A DNA stretch of 64,000 bases from an uncultured virus (IMG/VR IMGVR_UViG_3300046791_000665). Lineage: Duplodnaviria; Heunggongvirae; Uroviricota; Caudoviricetes. A program made the position numbers and the translations under genes. Positions 50,272-60,669 of this stretch are shown piece after piece. Each line of letters begins with the position of its first letter. Positions within the stretch are counted from its first letter, which is position 1. Below the pieces are notes generated by a model. The model was not told the origin of the DNA. It made no database searches and worked only from the letters and a program-made list of their open reading frames with translations. Where the stretch lies: IMG/VR virus record IMGVR_UViG_3300046791_000665; one strand, written 5' to 3'.

Positions 50272-51039
50272 TCAGCCTTCCGTCCCACCGAGGTAGCCGC
50301 GTCCGATCTTTTCGATCCACTCGCGGTTGGTCAGGGCAGTGAGCGTCCCTTCCCCCTGCTCGCACACCTTGCCGTCCGCGTTGCACCACATTTTCGTGGT
50401 GCCGAACGGCGGCAGGGCTTCCCACCTCTCATCGTCGGAAAGATCGTGAGCGCCGCGCGTTTCCCCGGTCGTCTCGACGCAGACTTCCGTCGCGTCAGCG
50501 GGCGACTTGGCAATCACCCACTCGTAGTCGTCGCTGTAGACGCTCAGCACCTCGACGCCGGCCATGGCGCGGCACTCGGCCACCATCGCGGTAGCGTCCT
50601 CCGTATCCTGCTCGTCTTCGTCGGGCGACTCGGCGATGATCTCGGCAGCGCTTTCGATCCAGTCGGCGGCCTTGGCAAGCTGGGCGCGCAGCCGAGCGAT
50701 CTCTTCGATCGGCGGTTGCTCCGCTCGGTGCAGGAACGTCCCTGTACCGCCGCACTCGTCGCAGCGCACCACCCTGACATCGACAAATGCCACGGCTTCA
50801 CCACCGACAGTCATCTTACCGCTCCCTGCACACTTCACGCACTTACCCGACTCGCTCATCTTCTCTCCTCGCTTCCATGCGGGCCACGTCGCGACCTCGG
50901 CCGCGGTCTTCTCGGCGAACTTCCAGTAGGCCCGCGCCTCGGGATCCGCCATGTTGCGCTTTAATTTTGAGGGTCCTGGCGGCACGTACGGTGGCGCAGG
51001 ACGTGGTGCAGGACACTCAGGCGGTGGTGGACCCTTCAT
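50272..51039 (-). CDS. hypothetical protein with CxxCxGxG pair (may be two genes)
   Basis: CVKCAGSG, CDECGGTG; internal SD/ATG near 50859. Confidence 0.5.
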   Translation of the reverse strand: MKGPPPPECPAPRPAPPYVPPGPSKLKRNMADPEARAYWKFAEKTAAEVATWPAWKRGEKMSESGKCVKCAGSGKMTVGGEAVAFVDVRVVRCDECGGTGTFLHRAEQPPIEEIARLRAQLAKAADWIESAAEIIAESPDEDEQDTEDATAMVAECRAMAGVEVLSVYSDDYEWVIAKSPADATEVCVETTGETRGAHDLSDDERWEALPPFGTTKMWCNADGKVCEQGEGTLTALTNREWIEKIGRGYLGGTEG

Positions 51040-52091
51040 GGGCGCTCCCTCACGTTAAGGGCGATTTCTGCCGCGACCTCGCCCACGACCTTGACAGCCG
51101 CCTTGTATGCCGCGCGCTCGCGCCCCTCGGTCGCCATCCCGTGCATCTCGAATCGTCCTTTGAGCACGCGAGTAAACTCTTCCATTGTCCGGGCTTGCTC
51201 GGCGACGAGCACGTACCGACGGTAGCTACCATACGCTTCGCGGGCGTGGTTGAAATGAGTTTTGCGTGGTGCCCCATTAATGCCGTCGAGCCATTTGCCA
51301 TCTGCCGCGAGCCAGCGATGACCTGGACCGTCTTCAACTGCCCACTTCCAATTGTTGAGACGATGCAAATACTTTTCATCTCCCAACGGAATAGAACAAC
51401 CAGCCGCTGATTGGAGCGCCGCCTTATCACGCGCTGCTTGCCCGTCAGTCACGAAGTCGGTGAGCATCTCGTCCGTTGTTTTGTACCCGAGCGCAGCCCC
51501 GATGTAACGTAACGCCTGCGCGTCGATTACTTGCAGGTTAGGCACACCATTCTCAAAATGCGCGGTTCGATCCACATCGGCAACCGCTTCGACTCCGCAC
51601 GAGCACTTTAAGATCACGCGGATCGAATTGTTATCACCGTCGCCAAATTCGATCTGAATGCCCCTCGCAGCCTTCTTCTCCGCTCGTTGCCGGCGGCTCT
51701 CCTTGTGCAGCTTCTCAAGCTTCCTCGCGCTGTGAATCTTCGCGTGCTCCGGGCTGCACGTCGCCCACGCCCCGACTCGAAGTCGCTCGGGAGAGATGGG
51801 TGCGTCGCAGATCACGCACTTGCGCTCTTCTGAGAGAAGCGGCGGTACCGTTTTCCGATCGGGCGCCGGAGGACGTTTCGGCTTCGGCAGCAGTACCACC
51901 GGACGCGTCGGTTCGAATCCCTCCTCGCGGAGCTTCGCGATCGTCTCGGTGCCCTTGCGGTGTCGCTCCTTCCAGCGCTCGACGGAGCCCCTGTTCACGC
52001 CGTGCATGAGCGCGGCGTCGCGCTCGGAGTAACCCTGCTCGAAGATGGACTCGAGAACGGCGAGACGTTTTTCCGGCGGTTGCTTATCCAT
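51036..52091 (-). CDS. HTH protein with DksA/TraR-like Zn finger
   Basis: SERDAALMHGVNRGSVERW; CVICDAPISPERL...TCS. Confidence 0.6.
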   Translation of the reverse strand: MDKQPPEKRLAVLESIFEQGYSERDAALMHGVNRGSVERWKERHRKGTETIAKLREEGFEPTRPVVLLPKPKRPPAPDRKTVPPLLSEERKCVICDAPISPERLRVGAWATCSPEHAKIHSARKLEKLHKESRRQRAEKKAARGIQIEFGDGDNNSIRVILKCSCGVEAVADVDRTAHFENGVPNLQVIDAQALRYIGAALGYKTTDEMLTDFVTDGQAARDKAALQSAAGCSIPLGDEKYLHRLNNWKWAVEDGPGHRWLAADGKWLDGINGAPRKTHFNHAREAYGSYRRYVLVAEQARTMEEFTRVLKGRFEMHGMATEGRERAAYKAAVKVVGEVAAEIALNVRERP

Positions 52092-53196
52092 TTGCCATGC
52101 CCCGTTGAGATTCGCTCAGCATCTCGAGCGCTCGTTCCTCCAATTGCCGGATCCTCTCCCTCGAGACGCCCATCGCCTCGCCTACGACGAGCAACGTCCT
52201 GTAGACCCGCTCGGCACCGAGCCCGAAGCGCAGTACCAGCGCCTGATGCGCTCGCGTGTCGCTCGTCTCCAAGGCTGCGAGGCGACCGTCGCGCTGCGCC
52301 TGCACCACCTCTGCGAATTCGTCGAATCGCGACCACGGGAAGCCTTCTGGCAGGGAGTCGAGTCCCAGTGCCTGCAGAGCTTCGTCGCGAGCCTTGGCCG
52401 AATCGAGGAGCGGACGAAGACGCGCGACCCGGAGCACGACGTTCCTCGCGTGCCGCTGCGACTCCTCTCCCGTCTCAAATTCCGGGTCGAGGTAGCGGAG
52501 GATCGCGTTCATCCAGCATGACACGTGGGTATTGTGGGAGTAGCCCCACTCCTCGGCGATCACGCGCATCGGCACATACTCTTCGCCGCTGAGGCAGAAA
52601 TACCTCGAGATCATCTTGGCGCTCTCGAAGTCCATCGCGAGAAGTTCGGCGAAGAGGGCGGCTTGGTCGCCCGCGAGTCCCCTCATGAACTTCTGCTGCG
52701 CTCGGTAGGTCGAGAGCGTCCGACCCTCTTCCCACGCCATCTCGGGCTTGTGGTACCCGGCGACGAACTCGACCTTGTGCTCGCGGAGAAGCGCGCGGTG
52801 GCGCTCACCAGCCTGCTCGACCCCCGACGGGATGGTCTGGAGCGTCTTCAGGTTTGGCGCTCGCTTCAGGATCTCTTTAAGCAACCAGTAGAAGATGTGA
52901 CCATCGACATGTACGAATCGCGTTTCAGCGGTCAGGTTCTCGAAGTCGAGCGACTTCTTTTCGCGGATCTTCTGCACGCGGATCACCACGTAGTGGTGTG
53001 AGGCGTAAGACTGCACGTCGATCGCCGCCGCGGTGCGGGCAGTGCGCTCGGGAGGCGACCTGCGGATCACGCGAGCGGAAGGTGCGGGAGAGCAAGCAGC
53101 ACAGTACGCCGTCTTCATCCCGTGCTTGCAGCGATCGGACACTACATTTTCTCCCTTCTCGCTCACGTCATGAGCCCCGTCGAGAACGCCACTCAC
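52084..53196 (-). CDS. sigma70 region-4 HTH protein (two sigma4-like units)
   Basis: LRFGL...TLLVVGEAMGVSRERIRQLEERAL; RYFCL...MRVIAEEWG; start uncertain. Confidence 0.75.
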   Translation of the reverse strand: MSGVLDGAHDVSEKGENVVSDRCKHGMKTAYCAACSPAPSARVIRRSPPERTARTAAAIDVQSYASHHYVVIRVQKIREKKSLDFENLTAETRFVHVDGHIFYWLLKEILKRAPNLKTLQTIPSGVEQAGERHRALLREHKVEFVAGYHKPEMAWEEGRTLSTYRAQQKFMRGLAGDQAALFAELLAMDFESAKMISRYFCLSGEEYVPMRVIAEEWGYSHNTHVSCWMNAILRYLDPEFETGEESQRHARNVVLRVARLRPLLDSAKARDEALQALGLDSLPEGFPWSRFDEFAEVVQAQRDGRLAALETSDTRAHQALVLRFGLGAERVYRTLLVVGEAMGVSRERIRQLEERALEMLSESQRGMANG

Positions 53197-55173
53197 TCAA
53201 AGCCACAAATGCCTCTTCGGCTGTATCCCATGCCGGGAGTGCCCACAATGCCTCGACGTCTTCGGGCTTAGATTTCCAGGAGTGGTAGGAAAACCACCAG
53301 CCTTTGCGCTCCAGGACGCCATCGTAACCATGAACAAGTCGTACATCGTCGCCGCAATCGAACTCGACCACCTTCGCCAACGCGGTGCGGGCGAACTCCA
53401 ACTGCGTTTTGAGACATGAGTGGCAAAATCCACACTTGACGCCGCACACTTCGCTGCAATCGCGGGCTAGCTCGGCGCGGGCGGTGTCGCGCTCCTGCTC
53501 GAGTTTCTCAGCCCGCCGTCCCCAGCACGTCTCACAGATGACCCCTTCGTGTTCCTCGGGCTCGCGCAGGCGGGGTTTTCCACAGAGGTGGCAGGCAAGC
53601 CCGCGCAGCAGCGCTACCTCGTTGAGCAACTGCATCTGCTCGTCTAGGGTGAAGGGCTTGCCCGAGTCGATCTTGTCGCGCAACCGCTTGATTTCGTCAG
53701 CGTCCACGACGCACCTCTCGGCGAACGGCGAGCTTGGCGGCGCGACAGGACGAGAATTTGCCCATCCCGTAACCTCGAACAGAGGCATACCAGCCGTCAT
53801 TCTCGATACCTTTCATGAGGTAATAGACCGTCCCCATCTCGCGATTGCTCGTCGCAACCAGAGCCCACAAGGACAAGCTGGACCCTGTACCGTTGGGACG
53901 TTCGATCCATCGCAATTGCGTGGCGGCTTGTGTCCGTTTCAGACCGACACCCATTATTCGCACGTCTCGCTGTCGACGGTCTCTTTCACCGTTACGAACA
54001 CGCCCGCGTTCGCGGCGATCTTGAGCAAATCGTGCGTGGCGTTGTATGCGACGCCGCACATCCCCTCGGTCCAACCCTCGACTTCGCACCCGGCGATCCG
54101 AAACGCTCCGCCCAACTTCTGGAAGTTGCGCATGTACGGCTTCCGATACTCCAGCAGCGCCTTCTGCGAGTAGTTCTTCTTGACGATATGCCCGAGCGTG
54201 TAGAATCCGTCCTTCACAGGACCGAGAGCGACCACGTCGCCGAAGTTGTACACCCCAGTCATTGGGATGTTAGCTATTTTCGCTCGACGTGAACTCACTC
54301 GCGTAGCCCAGCCGGTCTCGCCTTTGCCGAATCGAACTCGAATTTCTTTCTTGTCAGCCATTTTTAGCTCCAAAACCGACACGGGTGGTTATCGTGGCTA
54401 TCGTCGAGACTCGCACAGCGCCAGCATCTCGCGGGCGGCCCTGGTCAATGGTCGAAGGTTCCGTGCCCACAGATACTCGTCCTCTTCGTTGCTCATGCCG
54501 TTGAGCACCAGCACGCCGCATTTCCACGCTCGATCGGTTCCGAAGCAGCACGGACCAGCACCCTCGACGCGAGTGCCGATCCGGAGGCTGCTCCCGCTGC
54601 CGCGCCTGCTCTTCACCTCGAAAACGACTGCCGTTGCCGGGTACCGCTTCATTTGACGCTCCTTGTTCCTACCGCTATCTCGGGGCGACCAGCGTCTCTG
54701 CGGGGGCCGCCGTGGGTCACGATTTGATCAACTTGAGCCAGAGCGCGGCGTCGTCCCGATTTTTGAACAGGACGAACGGCAGGCCCTCGTCCACGCACCA
54801 CCAGCCGATCGTCTCACATTCGGACGCCTTGTGCCCCCACTTGCTGTTGCCGTACGCCTCGTCGATGTTCGTCCACTCCTTCAGCCGCTGTTTCGGCTGC
54901 CCGGAGAGTTGGTCTTCGAAGAACTCGAGCGCGAGGGGGCGCAGCGTCTCGGGGCCGACGAACCATACCGAGTGCTTGCCGCTGGTCATCTCGGCGGGCG
55001 CGGGCGGGATCGCAGCCGCGCGCAGCACCTTGAGCGATGCCGGAAGCGCACCCCATTCGAATTCGGACGAGCCCATGTACTCGAACGAGAAGCCGCGGTC
55101 TACGCCTTTTCGTTCGGTGTTTTCGACTTCGCGGCGCTGGACGCGCTGAACTAGATATGGATGTTCTCTCACG
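53168..55173 (-). other. hypothetical genes (53168-53800, 53954-54361, 54398-54652, 54717-~55173)
   Basis: Coupled ORFs; YMGSSEFEWG phage motif in the last. Confidence 0.55.
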
Positions 55174-55210
55174 ATGCTACCTCCTTGTAGCCGGTGGTGT
55201 TCATTTCTCT

Positions 55211-55444
55211 TTAGCCCTTTCGAGGAGGATTCGCCGGACCGGCGTCTTTGTAGCTCACGCGCCCGGTTACAACCAGTACCTCTTGTCGAGTAGCGAGAGC
55301 CCTCTCCGCTAAGAATCGCACCCATCCGCTCATGTCGAGCCCGTCCCTCTCTGCCGCCTCGGCGTAGCGCGCTTTCTGTTCTTCGGTCACGCGGATGCGG
55401 ATGTCTGTGGATTTGATCTTGGACTTGGGCTTGCGACGGTGCAT
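55211..55444 (-). CDS. ribbon-helix-helix regulator
   Basis: DIRIRVTEEQKARYAEAAERDGLDMSGWVRFLAE. Confidence 0.75.
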   Translation of the reverse strand: MHRRKPKSKIKSTDIRIRVTEEQKARYAEAAERDGLDMSGWVRFLAERALATRQEVLVVTGRVSYKDAGPANPPRKG

Positions 55445-55535
55445 TACGGCCTCGACTTTTTGCACGCCGCCTGCGCCATGGTCAACAGCATAAGAATAGT
55501 TTGTAGCAACATCAGGCCGACACGTCAACAAAAAA

Positions 55536-55841
55536 CTACGGCTCTACCTTCACGAGCTTGCCGTAGATGTGGTCGAGGGGCGTCCAGCCGTTGATGCGCC
55601 CGTGGTTGTTCCCGATGCAGGCCCTGCCACCCTGGAGGGCCTTGACGAGGTGCAGGTAGCGGTTGCCGTGCACCTTCACGAGAACAGCGTCGCCCACGCG
55701 CACGTCTTCGGCGCGCACGGGCGCGATCGTGCAAAGCTGCCCGCTCTTGATCTTCGGCGTCATCGAGTTGCCGTGCGGGCGCAGCTTCACTATCTCGCCA
55801 CGATGGAGGGCCTCGATGTGTTGGTCGCTGAAGTCGCCCAC
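55536..55841 (-). CDS. S24/S26-family peptidase-like protein
   Basis: HGNSMTPKIKSG...GDAVLVKVHG..YLHLVK. Confidence 0.7.
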   Translation of the reverse strand: MGDFSDQHIEALHRGEIVKLRPHGNSMTPKIKSGQLCTIAPVRAEDVRVGDAVLVKVHGNRYLHLVKALQGGRACIGNNHGRINGWTPLDHIYGKLVKVEP

Positions 55842-56038
55842 TAAAATTTTTTCGTCTGCGGGATCTGGCGTGGTGGACGCTTCTGTTTCCCTAACAAAAA
55901 TTCGACCGTCTCCGACAGGTATTCGAGATAGTGGTCATATTGCGCTCCGAATTTCATACGGAGGTATTTTGACAGAGTCTTGACGGTAGGCGGTGAACTT
56001 TTCAGAACGGGCATCAGGGTTTCCTCCATGACCGGCAT

Positions 56039-56281
56039 CTACGGAATCTCTTCCAACGTGTCCCCGTCGAGCACCGGCAACTCGCAGGCGCGGACCCAGC
56101 GCTCGAGCATCTTCTTCAACTCATCGACGGTGTCGTCGAGCGGTTCGATCGGATCCTCCGTGATGCTATCCGGCACGTCTTCGTCGTTGTAGTAGACCTC
56201 GTGGATGGCGTAGGCGTCGCCGTCGGGCTTGCCGTCGGGACCGAACATGCGGCGTCGGATGACGCGCTCGTTCCAGTGCAT
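56039..56281 (-). CDS. phage-type hypothetical protein
   Basis: WNxRV...YAIHEVYY. Confidence 0.65.
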   Translation of the reverse strand: MHWNERVIRRRMFGPDGKPDGDAYAIHEVYYNDEDVPDSITEDPIEPLDDTVDELKKMLERWVRACELPVLDGDTLEEIP

Positions 56282-56282
56282 T

Positions 56283-56837
56283 TCAGTTTTTCCTGTTCCG
56301 AAACTGCTGCGATGCCTCCTCGAGCGACAGCTTCTCGACGTGCACCGCGTACGAGAACTTCTCCAGGGACTCGAGCACGGGCCGCAGCACGATCGCCTCG
56401 TCGTCTGAGAGCACCGACAGGATCAGGCGGTAGCCCTCCACGTCGGCGCCGTACTCCGAGTCGTCACCGCGGCGTCGGATGGCGATGTGGTGTCCGAGTT
56501 CGTGGGCGAGCACGAGGTAGTGCACTTGGTCGCGGTGCAGTTCGATTTCGCGCTTGAGAACGTGGTAGCGACCTGCGAAGCCGGTCTTGCCGTCGACGAT
56601 TCGAACGGGGATCCCGCGGTGCTGTGCGACGACGCGGAGGCGCGAGAGCACGGCTCTGCGCAGCGCGTCGATGTCGATCGGCGTTTTGCCGGTGTCGGGG
56701 GCGGCCGATGCCTTGACCGCGTGAGCGAACGCAGCCCGTGTTCGACCGTGCGCCTTCTTCCGCAGGTAGTCGAGGAGCAGCACGGTGGCGGAAACCGAGA
56801 GCACGCACCAAACGAAGAAGGTAACGAGTATGCTCAT
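56283..56837 (-). CDS. membrane-anchored HExxH metallopeptidase (ImmA/IrrE-like)
   Basis: N-terminal hydrophobic helix; LAHELGHH...EYGAD. Confidence 0.65.
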   Translation of the reverse strand: MSILVTFFVWCVLSVSATVLLLDYLRKKAHGRTRAAFAHAVKASAAPDTGKTPIDIDALRRAVLSRLRVVAQHRGIPVRIVDGKTGFAGRYHVLKREIELHRDQVHYLVLAHELGHHIAIRRRGDDSEYGADVEGYRLILSVLSDDEAIVLRPVLESLEKFSYAVHVEKLSLEEASQQFRNRKN

Positions 56838-57792
56838 TTGAGCGGCACCAGCTTGTGTCCGAACTCCCGCGCGTCGGACTGCAGCCGCTCGATCCGGTCC
56901 TTCTTCTCGGTGACCTCCCAGCGCTGCCGGATCCACGTCCGCGTTTCCTTCGCCTCGGTCTCCGAGATCAGTCCGAGCGTGGCGAGCGGTCCGAGCGCGC
57001 GTTCGGTGTCGCCGTAGTGCGTGCGGCGCCCGTTCGAGTAGCCCCACTCGTACCCGAGCGTGAACGCGTCCTCGCCCGAGGTCGACGTCCACCGACCGCT
57101 CGCGAAGAGCAGGAACACGCGGCGGTCGTCGAACCGCACCGCGCCGACGATGTCGGAGCGCGATCGCCCGAGTCGGATGCGCGTGATCGGCATGAACTTC
57201 TCGAGCACGGCGACCACCTTCTTCACCTCGGCGGGCGCGCGGTCGAGGGCGAACTCGGGCGGGACCTGGGCGTTGCGAATGCGATACTTCATGGGCTCCT
57301 CCTTCCGACTGGCAGTGGTAATTATCGGGTCAGCGACGGGGATTAATCTTGTTGTCCGAGTTGCTTATTCAGCATCGCCGTGTCCTCTTTCGAGTCCGAC
57401 ACCAGCCGGAGTGATTCCGACTTGCCGTAGCAGTAGATGCCTTCCGATGTCATGTAGACGAACCCGGCACGAACGGGCTTTCCAAACCTGTGAAGCACCG
57501 TCGCCATGTTGACGTGCTCGATCGATTCCTGAAAGATGAAGATCCGCGGCTCGCAGTCACGCTCCATGACGATGTACTTCATTTGACGGCTCATCTATTT
57601 CTCCTCCACAATCTCGCCTACCTTCGGCGGCCACGCGTTTTTCTGAAACGATCGCGGCTTCTCGTCCTCGTCGAGGTTGATCTTCGGGCACCCGCACGTG
57701 GCCTTGGTCACGCCGAACACCACTTCGATGTCGTAGTACTCGCCGCAGGTGGGGCAGTGCTGCTCGTCTTCGGGATCGGTCAGCAGGCTCAT
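56834..57792 (-). other. hypothetical genes (56834-57292, 57343-57594, 57595-57792)
   Basis: Coupled ORFs. Confidence 0.55.
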
Positions 57793-58670
57793 TTTTCTTC
57801 TCCATCGAACAGGTCCGCAAACACCTGCCCAGGCGCATTTTTCGCTGCATCTCGAGCGTGATCGTACCGCTCGGTCGTTGCACTGGAAGAATGTCCGACG
57901 GCGAGTTGGCGCTCCTTGAGCCCAACCCCCCGCTCGCCCGCGATGGTGATGTTGCTGCGTCGAAGTGCGTGAGGGGTCGCGTGCGCCATCGAGATCCCCG
58001 CGGCGTTGGCCGCGCGCTTGACCGCGTTGTAGACCATGTCCCCTGTCATGGCCTCGGCGCTCTTCACCGACCTCGGCAGAATCGCCCCCACTTCGATACG
58101 TGCGTACTCCCTCCATCGGTCGAGCACCTGCTGCACCCACGGGGGCACGCCGACCGTCACCTCCTTGTTGCCCTTGAAGATCCCGGTAACGGTGCCGTCG
58201 CGGAAGTCGTCGATCACGAGGCGAGCAACTTCTGATCGACGCCACCCGAGTCCGAAGATCAAGCACAGGCAAACGTGGTCTCGATGATCGCGCCATGTCT
58301 TCCGCTCGAAATTCAAGAGCTTCTGCATCTCCGGCGAGTCGAGGATAGGGGTCCGCAACTTCTGGTTGGTTTTCGGGTTCTTGACCTCCCGCGCCGGGTT
58401 CACCTCCATCAACTCCTCGACCACGAGCGCAGCGTAGACTTCCCGGATGACCGAGAGCGCCCTTCCGGCCGTCGAACGCGCCTTCCCCTCCTCGTGCAGG
58501 TGCGCGATGTAGCTCTTCACTTGGCTCGGGCGAACGGAGAGGACCGCCACCCGCTCCTTCTTCAGCCAAGCGGTGTAGCGCCCCCAGTCCCCGGCGTAGG
58601 CGTCCTTGCTCTCCTGGCTCGGGAGATCGCGGAGGACGGCGGTGAGTACCTGAGCAGCGGTCAATCCCAT
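57789..58670 (-). CDS. tyrosine recombinase (Xer/Cre-like)
   Basis: GWRRSE, KGNK, HALRR, VGH, TERYD; leaderless promoter TTGTTT-N17-TAGGGT-N7-ATG. Confidence 0.92.
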   Translation of the reverse strand: MGLTAAQVLTAVLRDLPSQESKDAYAGDWGRYTAWLKKERVAVLSVRPSQVKSYIAHLHEEGKARSTAGRALSVIREVYAALVVEELMEVNPAREVKNPKTNQKLRTPILDSPEMQKLLNFERKTWRDHRDHVCLCLIFGLGWRRSEVARLVIDDFRDGTVTGIFKGNKEVTVGVPPWVQQVLDRWREYARIEVGAILPRSVKSAEAMTGDMVYNAVKRAANAAGISMAHATPHALRRSNITIAGERGVGLKERQLAVGHSSSATTERYDHARDAAKNAPGQVFADLFDGEEK

Positions 58671-58770
58671 CGAAACCACCCTACCAGCCTCCGAATTCGA
58701 AAACAACGGATAAGAAGTGTTACCCGTGCGATTTTAGGCTCTTTAATTGTCCGACTCAGCCCGACAATTC

Positions 58771-58971
58771 TTATTTCCGGCGCAGGGCGAAAGCGTTCAA
58801 AATCAGCCTCCTCAGCAGCACCGAGCGCCGTCCACGTACATCGGGACCGACGTCCACTTCAAGCACCTCGAGCGCGGCGAGCGTCTCTGCATCGAGGCGG
58901 AAGGTCACCTTGCGCATCGACTCGCGCGCTTCACCAGCTGGTGGTCGACCGAACTTTTTTGTGGCGCTCAT
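58771..58971 (-). CDS. ribbon-helix-helix regulator upstream of the recombinase
   Basis: GRPP...KVTFRLDAETLAALE...RSVLLRRLI. Confidence 0.7.
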   Translation of the reverse strand: MSATKKFGRPPAGEARESMRKVTFRLDAETLAALEVLEVDVGPDVRGRRSVLLRRLILNAFALRRK

Positions 58972-59878
58972 CGGTTCAGCGCCCGCGCCTCTGCTACCAG
59001 CGCCTCCGCCTCCTCATCCGTGAGCTTCGCCGCCTCATCGACGTCCGGTGGGAACGGGTCTCCGGGCTCGTGCGACGCCCCGCGGTCGCTGCCGATCCGG
59101 TTCAGCTTAGAGAAGAAGTCGCCGTGCGCGCGCGACAGGCGGTTGAACTGAAAGTGGTCGGCGACGCCAGCTTCCTGCAACACTTGCAGCTTCACGTCGA
59201 GGACAGATCGCTGGAGGGCTTCACTGACCGCGTCGAAACTGTCGGCGACTTCGCGGAGCGCCTCCTCCACCGCTTCGTCGACGGCCTCGCTGTGAGCGCG
59301 GGTCTCCTCGGTGTCGCTGAAGCCGTAGTACGTGTTGCGCGACCTGTTCTTTTTCCGGACGATTTCGGCAGCTTTGGTGAAGGCATCTCGGATCGCCGAT
59401 CGGATTGCCTCGTTTTTTGGCTCTCTCATTTTCGCCCCTTCTCGATCAGCGGGCACCACTCCGGCACCTTCGCGTCCTCGCGCATCCGCGCCTCCGAGCG
59501 CTCGCACGCGACGATGATGCGCCCCGGGTATGCCCGCCCGTAGCCTTCGCTCTTGTACGGCGTCTTCCTGCAGCAGAGCGACTGGTCGCTCATGTCGAAG
59601 GGGTCGGGGGAGCCCGGATCGGACACGCGCTCCGAGTGCGGGCAGTCGAGGCAGTTGTCGATCTTGAGCGTCGCCGTTCGAAGCACGGCCACGCGCAGCG
59701 GCTTGTTCTGCTCGTCCCAGTCCGCGAGCACCTTCTTGTCCTTGATCGACGAGCGCGGCACGACAAGCGGTGACGGTTCGCCAGCCACGATCGCTTTGTC
59801 CTTCGCGCGCTGACGGCTCGAATCGCTCGCCACGATCTTCAGGCCCTTGCCGATTGCCACGTAGTAGTCCTTGTGCAC
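58968..59878 (-). other. two hypothetical genes (58968-59429, 59426-59878)
   Basis: Overlapping stop/start; CLDCPH...VPEWCPL. Confidence 0.55.
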
Positions 59879-59887
59879 TCCTCGCTC

Positions 59888-60463
59888 CTATCGCTCGCGC
59901 CCGTGGTGGTCAATCGGCTTCCAGGTCTTCTCCGCCATCTTTGCCTTCAGCATCTCGTACGAGACCGGGGTGTAATTCCAACAGTCGACCCCGACGTCGA
60001 GCGAGAGTGCGTTCGGGTCGTCGGCGAGCGAGCCGTGGGAGTGCCCGTAGAGGTTCCACGCGCCGTAGTGGGACTTGTTCCACACCCGGAGCGCGTAGTG
60101 GCAGAGGGTGATGTTCTGGTGCCCGCTTTCAAGCGCGGCGTCGGGCACCTTGATCTCGGCGAAGTCGCGAAAAGGACTGTGGAAGAGGTCGAGGAAGTCT
60201 CCGTTTTTGCGCAGGCGCTTGTCGTGGTTGCCGAAGATGAGGTGCTTCTGTCCGGGGAGGTCGCGCACGAGAGCGATTGCGCGGTCGGGATGGCAGAGCG
60301 CCACGTCACCAAGGACGTAGACGGTGTCGTGCTTGGTGACGACGCGGCACCAGTTTTCGAAGAGGGCATAGTCCATCTCGGCGGCGTTTGCGAACGGGCG
60401 CTTGGCATACTTGATCACGTTCTCGTGCCCGAAGTGCAGGTCGGCGGTGAAGAAGGTGCTCAT
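59888..60463 (-). CDS. calcineurin-like metallophosphoesterase
   Basis: DLHFGH, LGDV, GNHD, CHY, GHSH, DVGVD. Confidence 0.9.
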   Translation of the reverse strand: MSTFFTADLHFGHENVIKYAKRPFANAAEMDYALFENWCRVVTKHDTVYVLGDVALCHPDRAIALVRDLPGQKHLIFGNHDKRLRKNGDFLDLFHSPFRDFAEIKVPDAALESGHQNITLCHYALRVWNKSHYGAWNLYGHSHGSLADDPNALSLDVGVDCWNYTPVSYEMLKAKMAEKTWKPIDHHGRER

Positions 60464-60669
60464 GGAAGCGCCGCCTTCACCCTGATCGTGATTTCGGCGA
60501 CGCACTCCGATGTTTCCCTCCCCAGCCGCCCCTCCACAATCTTGAGAGCTTCGTGCACCGAGCGCCCGCAGACGTAGATGCCAAAGTTCTCGCGCCCGTC
60601 GGTGTAGGGCTGCAGGGTCTTGATCACTTTGGCCGACGGGCAGTCGAACGTGACGAGGAAGACGCGCAT

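Larger units (their letters stand above)
40823..58724. repeat. dispersed dif-like junction repeats (GAYAA-N6-TTATC-N7/8-CGWCG)
   Basis: TTATC arms at 40839, 41211, 41988, 42978, 47448, 47727, 48211, 54389, 57322 and TTACC at 58720; exact 24-mer at 41987-42010 and 42977-43000. Confidence 0.7.

Noticed and set aside
40823..58724. Classical integron attC/IntI interpretation
   Set aside because: Sites lack the long imperfect RYYYAAC...GTTRRRY hairpin, and the recombinase shows no visible IntI-specific insertion
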